Source: a virus
Lineage: Duplodnaviria; Caudoviricetes
Direction: 5' to 3' (one strand)
Length of the DNA: 54,722 nt
Virus record (IMG/VR): IMGVR_UViG_3300017751_000022
Span: 1-54,722 of that record
Shown in pieces: positions 8,922 to 18,141 of this stretch (positions are counted from its first letter, which is position 1; the number at the start of each line of letters is the position of its first letter). The translations under genes were made by a program, and so were the position numbers. Under the pieces are notes generated by a model. That model ran no database searches, was not told the origin of the DNA, and worked only from the letters and a program-made list of their open reading frames with translations.

Positions 8922-11878
8922 TACGATTCACCATATTCGACAACTAACTTATTTACATCTTTCCGTTCAGCGAATACTGTGTAAAAACATTTAGTGTTTT
9001 GTCCTCCAACAATGACAACATTATCACAAATATCTTCAACGAATAAGTTTTGTGATTGTCCTATGGGCGTTAAATTTACTGTGATTGATTGCTCATCAAC
9101 TAAACCTAACCAATAGTCAGGTAATTCAATTATATTACCGTCTATTAATTTTCCACGAACATATACTCCGTTTTCAGGTCCTTCTAGTGATGCATATTGC
9201 AATTTACAATCAGGTTTAGTCGGGTGATCAATTAAGAATGATTTTGTTGTTGCAGACAAAGTGCCTGATAATGTGACATCTCCTGTTACAGTCAATTCAC
9301 CAGTTGAAGGATTGAACCTTAAATTAGAGTTTGTCAAAGGTCCTTGAGCGACATTGCCTACTGTTGTGCCTTCATCAGCAAACACAATATATTGATCTTC
9401 ATTTGAAGTATCATCAGAAGTTATTATTTGACCAACGCCAATCGAAGATATATCTGATGTAAGTGCAATAGTGCCGCTTGCATTCGGGAATACAATAGTT
9501 CTATCTGCGTCCGGATCAGTGAATTGAACATATGTTTCATAGTTAGTTCCATCATAAATTATTTCAGAATAATTTCTTAGGACTAAACCATCTTCTGTAA
9601 CACTTAATCTTCTTGCAGTAAGATTATCAGGAGTTGATACTGTATCAGACACATCGAAATCAATATTATTATGACCCCAAATCCGTATGCCTGATTTAGT
9701 TGTTTCGCCATCAAAGTTAGTCTCTGATTGTTTTGTCGTTATTTCGCCTTGACGATCTCCTGAAGTGGCATCTCTTGCAGTGCCGGTGTTTAAAAATGAC
9801 ATCCATGCACAATTATTAGGATTGCCGTTTTTGTCTATCTCAATTGTTACGACACCACCATTAACACCCAATGGGTACACATCAGGGGATGTCTGTGCTA
9901 TATCTTTTCTTTTAAAGTATGCAACAGCACCATGTGTACCAGATTCTGCATTAATTGCCAATCGATCTGAAACAATGTCAACATTTTGCGGTGTAGTTCC
10001 CGTACTAGGCGCTAAACGATCAACAATTAATTCAGCACTGGAATCTTGCAAGGTTACGCTATCATTTAAATCTATTGTTACTCTGCCTGTAGCAGCAGGA
10101 ATGCTTGCCTGAACATTGCCGCTATATTCCCACTGTACGATCTGAGGATTATTTTGATCATTACTGGCAGTAAGCGATAAATCTAGTACATTACTTGTAA
10201 AACTTTTATCTATAGTATATGTTATCGGGGTAACACCACTTCCGTCAATAGTTATTGTAGCATTCGTTGCTGTGCCACCTGGGCCGCCTGATGCTGTTGC
10301 AGCAGTTGTTTCCACTCCTATTCCGCCATTGACATTAATGTCAACAATTTGAGCGGATCCGCCTACTGCAGTCAAAAATAGTTGCGACTGTTGCTGAGTA
10401 CTCGCAGTATTTGTGTCTATCACATAAGTGGTATTATTGTCACTTGTACTATATGAAGTACTATCAATTGACCCATCAGATCTCAACAAACCTAACCCTG
10501 CTGCATTATCATCTATGTAATCTTGATGAATAAATCCTGCCGCTGCAATTTTTTTATTAGCTAATAGATACGGATGTGTTGCGTGATGATACCATTTGAT
10601 TGAAGGGGGTAAATTACTGCTGTTCCATTCATAATCGACTGCTGGTGAAGTAGGAGTCCCTACATTGTTACCAAAAATAATACCAGCGGTATCTGTAGTA
10701 ACAGAAGTATCTGCATTTTTAGCAACAACAATGTCTAAATCAGCAACTTCTAAAGTTGTCGAGTTAATTGTTGTCTGCGTACCTAATACTTCTAAGTTAC
10801 CTTTAATTCTAACTAATCCTGTATTGTCACCTAGCCCAGCTGGATCTAATACTAATACGGGATTAGTGTATATATATGATTCAGATGGCGTGCTATAAAC
10901 AGGATCAGTGCCTGTTATTGTTTCGGCGGCATGTACACTACCTAAGAAAATCCTAGAAATTTGTTTACCGGTACTATGATTAACATTTTGATAGATAGAA
11001 AACGCTTTTTGTTGATTAACTGATCCATCAGCCGCACTATACTGCGCACTAGTTGCTGAGATGTCCTCATACCCTATACGGAATTCTGTTCTTGTATTGA
11101 GCCCATCGACATCAAAAATAGAAGTTATTGTATTGTCACTATGGGCGTCCGCACTACCTTTAAATGTTATATTTTCCTGGTCGTCCATGTACAATGTTTT
11201 ACCGACACTTAACCCGCCAGTAACACTAACAGCACCTGTCCCAACATCAGTGGCGTCAGTAGTGTTTGTAAACGATACTGCTACATTACTAGTATTTCCT
11301 GCATTAGTTGTTTCTTGTAAATCTGAAGCATCAATTGTCTCGCTAATGATATTTTGAGTAGCGCCATCTGCGAATTTAATTTTGTACTCGCCATTTACCA
11401 ACTCTAGATCTAAGTCCTCACCTAAACTTACAAGTTTTCGTGAACCCGTTGGTGTTGTTGTTAATAAAGTAGTTTGTCCTATGTAATGCGTACCTGCTCC
11501 ACCTGATCCGCTTAAAGCATGAATTTGACCATTGGTTGCATTGTCTTTTGTTGTTGCTAAGTTAATAACTGTATCGTTTACACGAATTGTATAGTATGTT
11601 GCTCCAGTTGTCAGCGATCCAACATCACTTGCGGCACCAGTTCCGTCATATACAACTTTGTCACCTGTTGTTAATCCGTGATTAGACGCAAAGGTTATTG
11701 TGTTGGCATTAGTATCGACATTTGAATTAGTAAATGATAAAGCATATTGTGAGGCAGAAGTGCCTAAATTAGGTTCTGCTTGATCGAGACCAAGGTAATC
11801 ATATCGGTCACTTGTCGCTTCCGATGGCGGTTTGACCCTTACACGGCCAGAAAGATAATTACTTGCGAACCTACGCAT
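8921..11878 (-). CDS. Tail fibre protein (985 aa)
   Basis: N-terminal YLSGRV..DRYDYLGLDQAEPNLG; fibre repeats (TGAVSVTGGLSVGK, GNLEVLGTQTTINSTT, ADRTIVFPNASGTIAL); C-terminal TKSFLIDHPTK..LQYASLEGPENGVYVRG..LPDYW..AERKDV domain common in marine phage fibres. Confidence 0.8.
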   Translation of the reverse strand: MRRFASNYLSGRVRVKPPSEATSDRYDYLGLDQAEPNLGTSASQYALSFTNSNVDTNANTITFASNHGLTTGDKVVYDGTGAASDVGSLTTGATYYTIRVNDTVINLATTKDNATNGQIHALSGSGGAGTHYIGQTTLLTTTPTGSRKLVSLGEDLDLELVNGEYKIKFADGATQNIISETIDASDLQETTNAGNTSNVAVSFTNTTDATDVGTGAVSVTGGLSVGKTLYMDDQENITFKGSADAHSDNTITSIFDVDGLNTRTEFRIGYEDISATSAQYSAADGSVNQQKAFSIYQNVNHSTGKQISRIFLGSVHAAETITGTDPVYSTPSESYIYTNPVLVLDPAGLGDNTGLVRIKGNLEVLGTQTTINSTTLEVADLDIVVAKNADTSVTTDTAGIIFGNNVGTPTSPAVDYEWNSSNLPPSIKWYHHATHPYLLANKKIAAAGFIHQDYIDDNAAGLGLLRSDGSIDSTSYSTSDNNTTYVIDTNTASTQQQSQLFLTAVGGSAQIVDINVNGGIGVETTAATASGGPGGTATNATITIDGSGVTPITYTIDKSFTSNVLDLSLTASNDQNNPQIVQWEYSGNVQASIPAATGRVTIDLNDSVTLQDSSAELIVDRLAPSTGTTPQNVDIVSDRLAINAESGTHGAVAYFKRKDIAQTSPDVYPLGVNGGVVTIEIDKNGNPNNCAWMSFLNTGTARDATSGDRQGEITTKQSETNFDGETTKSGIRIWGHNNIDFDVSDTVSTPDNLTARRLSVTEDGLVLRNYSEIIYDGTNYETYVQFTDPDADRTIVFPNASGTIALTSDISSIGVGQIITSDDTSNEDQYIVFADEGTTVGNVAQGPLTNSNLRFNPSTGELTVTGDVTLSGTLSATTKSFLIDHPTKPDCKLQYASLEGPENGVYVRGKLIDGNIIELPDYWLGLVDEQSITVNLTPIGQSQNLFVEDICDNVVIVGGQNTKCFYTVFAERKDVNKLVVEYGES

Positions 11879-12212
11879 CTAATGTTTCCAAGAAACTAAG
11901 AGTTAAGTCAAGGGCACTATTGTGTGATGCTATACCTAATATCTTGTCCCCGGGTTGCAATACAAGTTTACCTGTTGCTAAGTTAGCGGCATCATTGATC
12001 GGAATGACTAAATCATCTACCAACACTGAATCTGTATCAGATGGCGTACCAGGTTTCCTTAATTTGAATGATACTGTAACATCTGCTGTATGTTTGTTTG
12101 CACACTGAGCATTCAAAATAATAGCAGTGTATCCGACAGGTGCTGTGTAAATAACTGCTTCACTACTTGTAAATGTGTATTGTAACGATTTAAACGTATT
12201 TAATTGTGCCAT
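11871..12212 (-). CDS. Small conserved virion-associated protein (113 aa)
   Basis: LNTFK..IYTAPVGYTAIILNAQCAN..IPINDA..GKLVLQPGD..LSFLET motif; tightly coupled to its neighbours. Confidence 0.65.
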   Translation of the reverse strand: MAQLNTFKSLQYTFTSSEAVIYTAPVGYTAIILNAQCANKHTADVTVSFKLRKPGTPSDTDSVLVDDLVIPINDAANLATGKLVLQPGDKILGIASHNSALDLTLSFLETLDA

Positions 12213-12214
12213 TT

Positions 12215-15200
12215 TTAGTTGCCTTCAATTGCTAGTATGTAAGGAGTCATAACAGAGAACAATGATCTGTTAAATGCATCTCCTTCAATTCTTCCATCAG
12301 TTCTATTTATATGCAGTTCAGATCCAATTCTAAAATCACCTTTGTGATCCGTTGATGTGAAATAAACTGCACCTAAGTTTGTTGTTGAATCCTGGATTAC
12401 TTCATTTTCTGTTTTTGGGAAATCATCTGTTCTAGGTCTATTATATAAATCATCTGTATTTGCCCCTGAATCAGTCAAACCTCGTATTTCTGTGCCAGTT
12501 CCTACGTATTCAAATGTCATCGAACTTGCTGCGATTAAACTTCTCTTTTTAAATCTTGTCTCTAAGGAACCGGTGTAATCAATTCTGATATCCTCTAGTG
12601 GTGCTACACGATACACATCTATATTAGACGAAACGCTGGTTTGTATAGAAGATTTTGCTGTTAATATTGCATTCCTTGCAGTTATTTGTAAACCTTCCAT
12701 TGCACTACCTGGTGATGGATGAGCACCGGCATCATTTGTAAACTTAAGTCCTGCGAGTTGCGGTAAAGCATGTCCACCAGCATCAATGAAACTAACAATT
12801 TCACCTATTGATCGTGATATTTGCTCTCTAAGGCCACCAACAATTTGATACCCAGAAGAAACGGCGGGATCAGATACAGACAGTGCAATGCCATTTAGTG
12901 CGTTGTAATGAGATGAAGCAAAGTTAATAGTATTATCATCTATACGAATAATATAATATTTTCCTCCATCTACAAGTCCTGTAATATTAGACCCACTAGT
13001 GACAGTATAAACTATAGAATCACCCGTATTGTATAAGTGACCTGTTATTGCTATATCACTATCACCTGATATTTGTGTATTAGTAAAAGATGTGGTAATA
13101 TCAGATGATGCGAGTTGTGCAAGGATTCTCGTTTTAAGGAAATTATTATATGCCTCTTCCGTTTGCTCGCCATTACTACCTAACTGCAAATTTCCGTCAA
13201 CCCTATAACTACTTGCTGCTCTTATGGTTGCAGTATTAGTATTATATAGCACATCATATGTCATTGCATCAACAATAAACCCAATATCTCTTTTACATCT
13301 ATCTTTATCAGCAGCACCATTAGGGCCATAACTAAAATTATACCACAATGTGCCAATGCCTGCACTAGTGACCGCCGCATCGATGTCAGCTATAACATTG
13401 TCAATGATTGTTTGTCTATTTGTTTGCAATGCATTTTTAGCATCTATATATTTTTGAGGGCGAGCAAGGGCAGTTGGAAATGTTAGTGCAGGAACTGTAC
13501 CATCACCTGGCTGCGAGGTGCTTTGAGATCCGTTTATCAAAGTATTACTAATTATTCCAATGTTGTTTGTGACAGCTTGTTTCCAAAGACCATTGTCCGA
13601 ATGAAGGGGTTTAATGCGTCTTGAAATTTCATACATCATTGCAAGAGTAGGATTTTTTTGATAAGTCGTACCGAATCCGCCAGTATATACGCTACCTCTT
13701 TGATACGCTAATCCTGTATATACAGAATTAAAGTTTGTTCCTAATGCATTATCATCTGCAATTGCATCTATTATATATCCCGCATCACGACTACATTTTG
13801 TCGTGTTATAAAAGAATTTCGGAACAATATAATGACTCCCATTGTTAGCAATGGGTTGCACAGGTTCAGGTGCTTCGCCAACAGTTGTAACTAATTGGAA
13901 TTTATTTGTGTTATCAGAGACGCCTGCTAAGTTTACAAAATAAACAGTATTTGCGGTCAATCCACTTATACCTGAATATTCAACATTTCCATCAGAGTCT
14001 ACAGGTATAAAATATTTTACAGGTTGATCTTGCTGGAACCCGTGATTAGGAATTGTTATTGTCTTTGCTGCTGTTGAAACCCCATTAGATGTTGGATCGA
14101 AAGTCGCCAAAGTGTTCCCTGCATATGTTGTACCCGTGAAGTCAATTGAAGATACTACTTTTTCAACAGAGTAATGCTCAAGTGATTCATCGGAAACATT
14201 GTGCCCACCTAAACCACCCGTTTCAGCAACTGAAAATGCATCTCCGTATTTAGGCGGAGTCGAAGTTGCAATCTCAAAATACTCACCAAAAGTTTGTGAC
14301 TGAGCATTTGTTGCACCTGCATATAAATCCTCAGATGAACCTGTTGACTTTAATCCGAAAGTACCAAATGATGCATTTGAATTTGTCAATGAGCATTGCC
14401 CACCTGATTCACATAAAACAGCATGTTCACACGAAACAGTAAAGATAGAAACAAGTTGAGCATACCCACGATTAATGATGTGAACACCTGTACCGCCCGC
14501 ATTGATTTGCGTAAACGAATCAGATACCATTGATCTTAATCCTGCAGTCAAACTTCCGTCAATCAACATGCCTGTTGCAGTTGTATTGAATGCTGTGCAG
14601 TTTTCTACATAAGGACTTGTTTGAATTAGTTGCGGGACATTGCCGGGTTGTAACTGTAATGGAGGAAACGAAACAGCAGCAGGTGCTCTAGGTTCACCTC
14701 TTGCTGTGCCAGTTTTCATACCTATAAATGTTACATTTGTTATGTATGATGCGTTCTGTACATAGAACAAATCATGATATTGATCACTGCCTTTAATTTT
14801 TGTTGTTCTTAAATTGTCGCCAACAATTGATACATTAGGCGGGACAACCAAACCACCCATATCATATTCACCTGACGCAAATTGTCCTCTACCACCAACA
14901 TTTCCTATTATATATGTCCCGCTTTTTACAAAGATTGTTGTTCCTTCAGTTTCTCGTGTAAGTGAGTGAGAAGTGCCGGCGCCGTAAGCAGCGAGTGTAA
15001 TAGGACTTGTATTACTAATAGCGAATGCTTTACTTGCATGTAATGAAACGATACCTGTAGCAGTTTTTCTTACATAGTATTTTTGCCCATCAAGCAAAGA
15101 TGAATATGCGCCATTTTCGCCTTGATTATATACAACCTCATCACCTGTATCAAAGATATTGCCAGGTAATGCTATTGTGTCGTTTGAAATTATTGTATTT

Positions 15201-15508
15201 CCTTGAGAAAGATCAAATGTGACACTCGCAGGTGTTGCCCTCATTAATGCTTGATCAATAGTAAGAAAAGCAGTGCTTAATGTTTTGCCGTCATTATCAT
15301 CATTACCAGATTTAGAAACATAGAACACATTTTCTGCTTCAGAACTTTTGGCCACTTCATGAAGTGAAACATCGCCAAACTCATCCTTTTTGAAATACAT
15401 TTTGCCATCATGGGTATTGATTGCAATTTCGCCAAGTTCGAGTTCGTTGTTCTCTAAATCAGGTAGTAAACCTTGTACAGAACTTCTTTTTACTTTAATA
15501 GTTGACAT
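12215..15508 (-). CDS. Tailspike/fibre-like protein with Mtd_N-like N-terminus, pectin-lyase-like beta-helix and two C-x-R-D helical repeats (1097 aa)
   Basis: IKVKRSSV..LELGEIAINTHDGK; FYVSKSGNDDNDG..AFLTIDQAL; TIFVKSGTY..VSIVGDNLR; SPYVENCT..SMVSDSFTQ..GYAQLVSIFT; KCSRD and RCKRD repeats. Confidence 0.72.
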   Translation of the reverse strand: MSTIKVKRSSVQGLLPDLENNELELGEIAINTHDGKMYFKKDEFGDVSLHEVAKSSEAENVFYVSKSGNDDNDGKTLSTAFLTIDQALMRATPASVTFDLSQGNTIISNDTIALPGNIFDTGDEVVYNQGENGAYSSLLDGQKYYVRKTATGIVSLHASKAFAISNTSPITLAAYGAGTSHSLTRETEGTTIFVKSGTYIIGNVGGRGQFASGEYDMGGLVVPPNVSIVGDNLRTTKIKGSDQYHDLFYVQNASYITNVTFIGMKTGTARGEPRAPAAVSFPPLQLQPGNVPQLIQTSPYVENCTAFNTTATGMLIDGSLTAGLRSMVSDSFTQINAGGTGVHIINRGYAQLVSIFTVSCEHAVLCESGGQCSLTNSNASFGTFGLKSTGSSEDLYAGATNAQSQTFGEYFEIATSTPPKYGDAFSVAETGGLGGHNVSDESLEHYSVEKVVSSIDFTGTTYAGNTLATFDPTSNGVSTAAKTITIPNHGFQQDQPVKYFIPVDSDGNVEYSGISGLTANTVYFVNLAGVSDNTNKFQLVTTVGEAPEPVQPIANNGSHYIVPKFFYNTTKCSRDAGYIIDAIADDNALGTNFNSVYTGLAYQRGSVYTGGFGTTYQKNPTLAMMYEISRRIKPLHSDNGLWKQAVTNNIGIISNTLINGSQSTSQPGDGTVPALTFPTALARPQKYIDAKNALQTNRQTIIDNVIADIDAAVTSAGIGTLWYNFSYGPNGAADKDRCKRDIGFIVDAMTYDVLYNTNTATIRAASSYRVDGNLQLGSNGEQTEEAYNNFLKTRILAQLASSDITTSFTNTQISGDSDIAITGHLYNTGDSIVYTVTSGSNITGLVDGGKYYIIRIDDNTINFASSHYNALNGIALSVSDPAVSSGYQIVGGLREQISRSIGEIVSFIDAGGHALPQLAGLKFTNDAGAHPSPGSAMEGLQITARNAILTAKSSIQTSVSSNIDVYRVAPLEDIRIDYTGSLETRFKKRSLIAASSMTFEYVGTGTEIRGLTDSGANTDDLYNRPRTDDFPKTENEVIQDSTTNLGAVYFTSTDHKGDFRIGSELHINRTDGRIEGDAFNRSLFSVMTPYILAIEGN

Positions 15509-15537
15509 CTATGATCGCCTTGTATATAGTACAATTA

Positions 15538-15545
15538 TATTTATG
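15538..15545 (-). promoter_or_regulatory. Probable late promoter CATAAATA (one mismatch)
   Basis: Plus strand tatttatg, overlapping the TAA of the 637-aa ORF, 30 nt upstream of the next start. Confidence 0.55.
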
Positions 15546-17454
15546 ACCCGTAAGTTCCGCCATCAACAGTATCTATTGATACCCACCCATCTTGAATATT
15601 GAAGTTTTCCGAGCTAAATGATGCAACACCACGATTTGATTTCCATTGTTCCACATAATTATTATCATTAGTGTCTGTGATCGGAGGCGCTGCTTGCGTG
15701 GTCGCAATAGCAACTTCAACTGTCACATGATCACCTTGACCTGTAGCACCTTGACCATTCGCACTACCAATAATAATTGAACTTCCTGCAGGGTCTGCTA
15801 AGAATGTATCATCAGTGCCTGCATCATTATCATGATCGGCGATAGTGCCAGGAACAGTAACATCCAGAACATATTCACCCAGCAAACTATCAACTGTTTG
15901 TGCCAGTGATGTGCTTATCTCCACATCCGCATTACCAAGAAAATCAATATTACCAGTAACAGCACCTGTTAATTCAATGTTAGCAGCGGCCGCCAGTTGA
16001 GTGGCAGTGTCAGCGTTACCTGTAACGGCACCCTCAACATTTGCTACAATAGTTCCTACTGTGCCAGAAAGGCCGTTAGAATCAACATTTTGCGCATCAG
16101 TCAAAAATCTGAATTTACCGCCGGCACTAGCAGTATCATCAACAGCGTTTCTAACATCATACCCGAAGAATCCGACTTTGTTTGAACCTTCCTTATAGTT
16201 AAACTTGATACCACGACCCAATCCGTCATAATCAGTAGTTGTCGTGCCTAATTCAAGAACAGGATCATCAACTTGAACAACAGTAGAATTGACTGTAGTG
16301 CTCGTACCATTTACTGTTAAGTTACCAGCAATTACTGTATTTCCGCCAACTGTCAAATTATCTTTAACAGCAACCGTGCTGTAAACAGTAGAACCTAAAT
16401 TGATAGTATCTGAAGTTGTGAATAAATCAACAGGATTCGAAACTGATCTAATTATATCTTTAGTGCTACCTTGTGTGCCGAAATCAGTGATTGCATTAGC
16501 GCCTGATGTTATTCGTAATTTAAAGGCATCATCACTGACTTTATCGATGAAGTATGTTCCGCCGTCTGTTAAATTGGTGAAAGGAACAACACTTTCATAA
16601 ATAACCTCTTCGTTATTATCAAGACCATGACCTGTGACATTGAATATGTGAGGGCCAGGACTTCCTGTAATAACACCGGCAGTTTCTGTATTGATTTCTA
16701 AATAAATAGCAGGGTTAATTTGTTCTAAGGAATCGCTCGCTATTTTTACTTGTGAACCTAATGCACCTGTTGTTAAAGATGCGAATGCAACCTCAGCATT
16801 ATCACCAATTTCTTGTTGCAATCCAATGCTTAACGTATTGGTTGCATCATCGAATGAAGTTGTTACAGATTGTGTCCCATCAATAATAAAGTGAGCCCCA
16901 TTCTCAATAGTACCCTGGGTTCCGTCTTCATCTTGTATGAGCATTCCACCTGCAACACCATCAACATATGCCTTGGTTGCAGCATCAGAATTTGCTGTAG
17001 GTGCGGCCAATCCTGTAATCTTTTGAGTTGAGAGTGCTATATCACCGCCACTAATTGTGAATCCTGGCGTAGCAGGGTCCTGACCTTGCCCAGAAACATT
17101 TGCGGGCAATGATAATGTGCGATTTGTTAAACTTAAGGTTGCTGTGGTATCAGTCGCTGAGTTTCCGCCTAAAATAATCTGATTTATTTTACTATTATCA
17201 TCAGCTATAAGAGCACTATTAGCAGTCAATGCACCTGCTGTGTGATCAAGCATTCCTGTATAAAACTCACCACCAATAGCAACAATATTAGGTGCTTGTC
17301 CTGGGGTTGTTTCGTCTCCTGACCCGATATATAATTTTTGCCCTTCATTATTTGGTGCGGTCGTATTATACACATATGCCATTTCACCTGTTGCAAGCGT
17401 TGTAGCATCAGGTTTACCTGCACTGCCTGTTCTTTTTATCTTAATGATACTCAT
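15541..17454 (-). CDS. Tail fibre protein with Mtd_N-like N-terminus (637 aa)
   Basis: IIKIKRTG..LATGEMAY..KLYIG; KITGLAAPTANSDAATKAYVD; GNLTVNGTSTTVNSTVVQVDDP; GNADTATQL; C-terminal VDGGTY. Confidence 0.78.
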   Translation of the reverse strand: MSIIKIKRTGSAGKPDATTLATGEMAYVYNTTAPNNEGQKLYIGSGDETTPGQAPNIVAIGGEFYTGMLDHTAGALTANSALIADDNSKINQIILGGNSATDTTATLSLTNRTLSLPANVSGQGQDPATPGFTISGGDIALSTQKITGLAAPTANSDAATKAYVDGVAGGMLIQDEDGTQGTIENGAHFIIDGTQSVTTSFDDATNTLSIGLQQEIGDNAEVAFASLTTGALGSQVKIASDSLEQINPAIYLEINTETAGVITGSPGPHIFNVTGHGLDNNEEVIYESVVPFTNLTDGGTYFIDKVSDDAFKLRITSGANAITDFGTQGSTKDIIRSVSNPVDLFTTSDTINLGSTVYSTVAVKDNLTVGGNTVIAGNLTVNGTSTTVNSTVVQVDDPVLELGTTTTDYDGLGRGIKFNYKEGSNKVGFFGYDVRNAVDDTASAGGKFRFLTDAQNVDSNGLSGTVGTIVANVEGAVTGNADTATQLAAAANIELTGAVTGNIDFLGNADVEISTSLAQTVDSLLGEYVLDVTVPGTIADHDNDAGTDDTFLADPAGSSIIIGSANGQGATGQGDHVTVEVAIATTQAAPPITDTNDNNYVEQWKSNRGVASFSSENFNIQDGWVSIDTVDGGTYGS

Positions 17455-17678
17455 TAGAAAGTGCCTCCTTCAAGCACAGTATTTTCGTTGTCAAGATCAA
17501 CTGACGCCTCCCATCTTTGATTACTCGCATTGTAAATTAAAATAGCGCCATCTCCTAATCCAGAAACATTAACATCAAACAAATCTCCTACTCTTATACT
17601 ACCTGCTGTTTCACCTACAGCATAATTAGTAACTAACAACCTGTTTTGTGGTGTAAGCGTTGCTTTTATGTTCGACAT
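17454..17678 (-). CDS. Small fibre-associated protein (74 aa)
   Basis: VGDLFDVNV..DGAILIYN..RW..LEGGTF motif; AAGGA SD; TAATG coupling to the next gene. Confidence 0.65.
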   Translation of the reverse strand: MSNIKATLTPQNRLLVTNYAVGETAGSIRVGDLFDVNVSGLGDGAILIYNASNQRWEASVDLDNENTVLEGGTF

Positions 17679-17694
17679 TTTAAATCCTTGTTAT

Positions 17695-18069
17695 TCAGGG
17701 TGTTACTGTTGCGGTGCCTTGTACAACTCGTGTTGTTTGTCCGGGCGTTTGACCAACTGCGGGTTCTGTTATTTCAACATCATATAAATACCTTCCTGGT
17801 TCAAGTGATGTTGTTCCAGAATGCGTGATTATCGGGTCAGTGCCTTCAGTGTAATCTGATTTAGGTAAACTAATAGTTATTTGACCGCCCACACTATTAT
17901 GAGAAGTTTGAAATGTGGCGGCAGCAGTTTCAGTGGCGTAATTTTTACGCATTTGTGATTTAATAACATAATCTGTCAAATCTACAGGGCCACCACTTGA
18001 GTTGGTTAAATCTATAGTTGCATCAAAATCAGTACCTTGATCTATTGTTATATTCGCCTTTACAGCCAT
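17695..18069 (-). CDS. Conserved small baseplate/fibre-attachment protein (start moved to ATG at 18069)
   Basis: ANITIDQGTDF..DLTDY..QMRK..GRYLYDVEI..RVVQGTATVTP. A GGAG SD just upstream of ATG 18069 makes it more likely than the TTG at 18081. Confidence 0.72.
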   Translation of the reverse strand: MAVKANITIDQGTDFDATIDLTNSSGGPVDLTDYVIKSQMRKNYATETAAATFQTSHNSVGGQITISLPKSDYTEGTDPIITHSGTTSLEPGRYLYDVEITEPAVGQTPGQTTRVVQGTATVTP

Positions 18070-18095
18070 GATTTTCTCCAATTAATGTTAATTAG

Positions 18096-18107
18096 TATTT
18101 ATAAATA
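18096..18107. promoter_or_regulatory. Bidirectional T4-type late promoter (palindrome TATTTATAAATA)
   Basis: TATAAATA on plus (18100-18107) and on minus (18096-18103), between divergent genes that each have an SD. Confidence 0.85.
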
Positions 18108-18141
18108 ATATAAACACTACCTTCTTAACTCGAGGAAAAAA

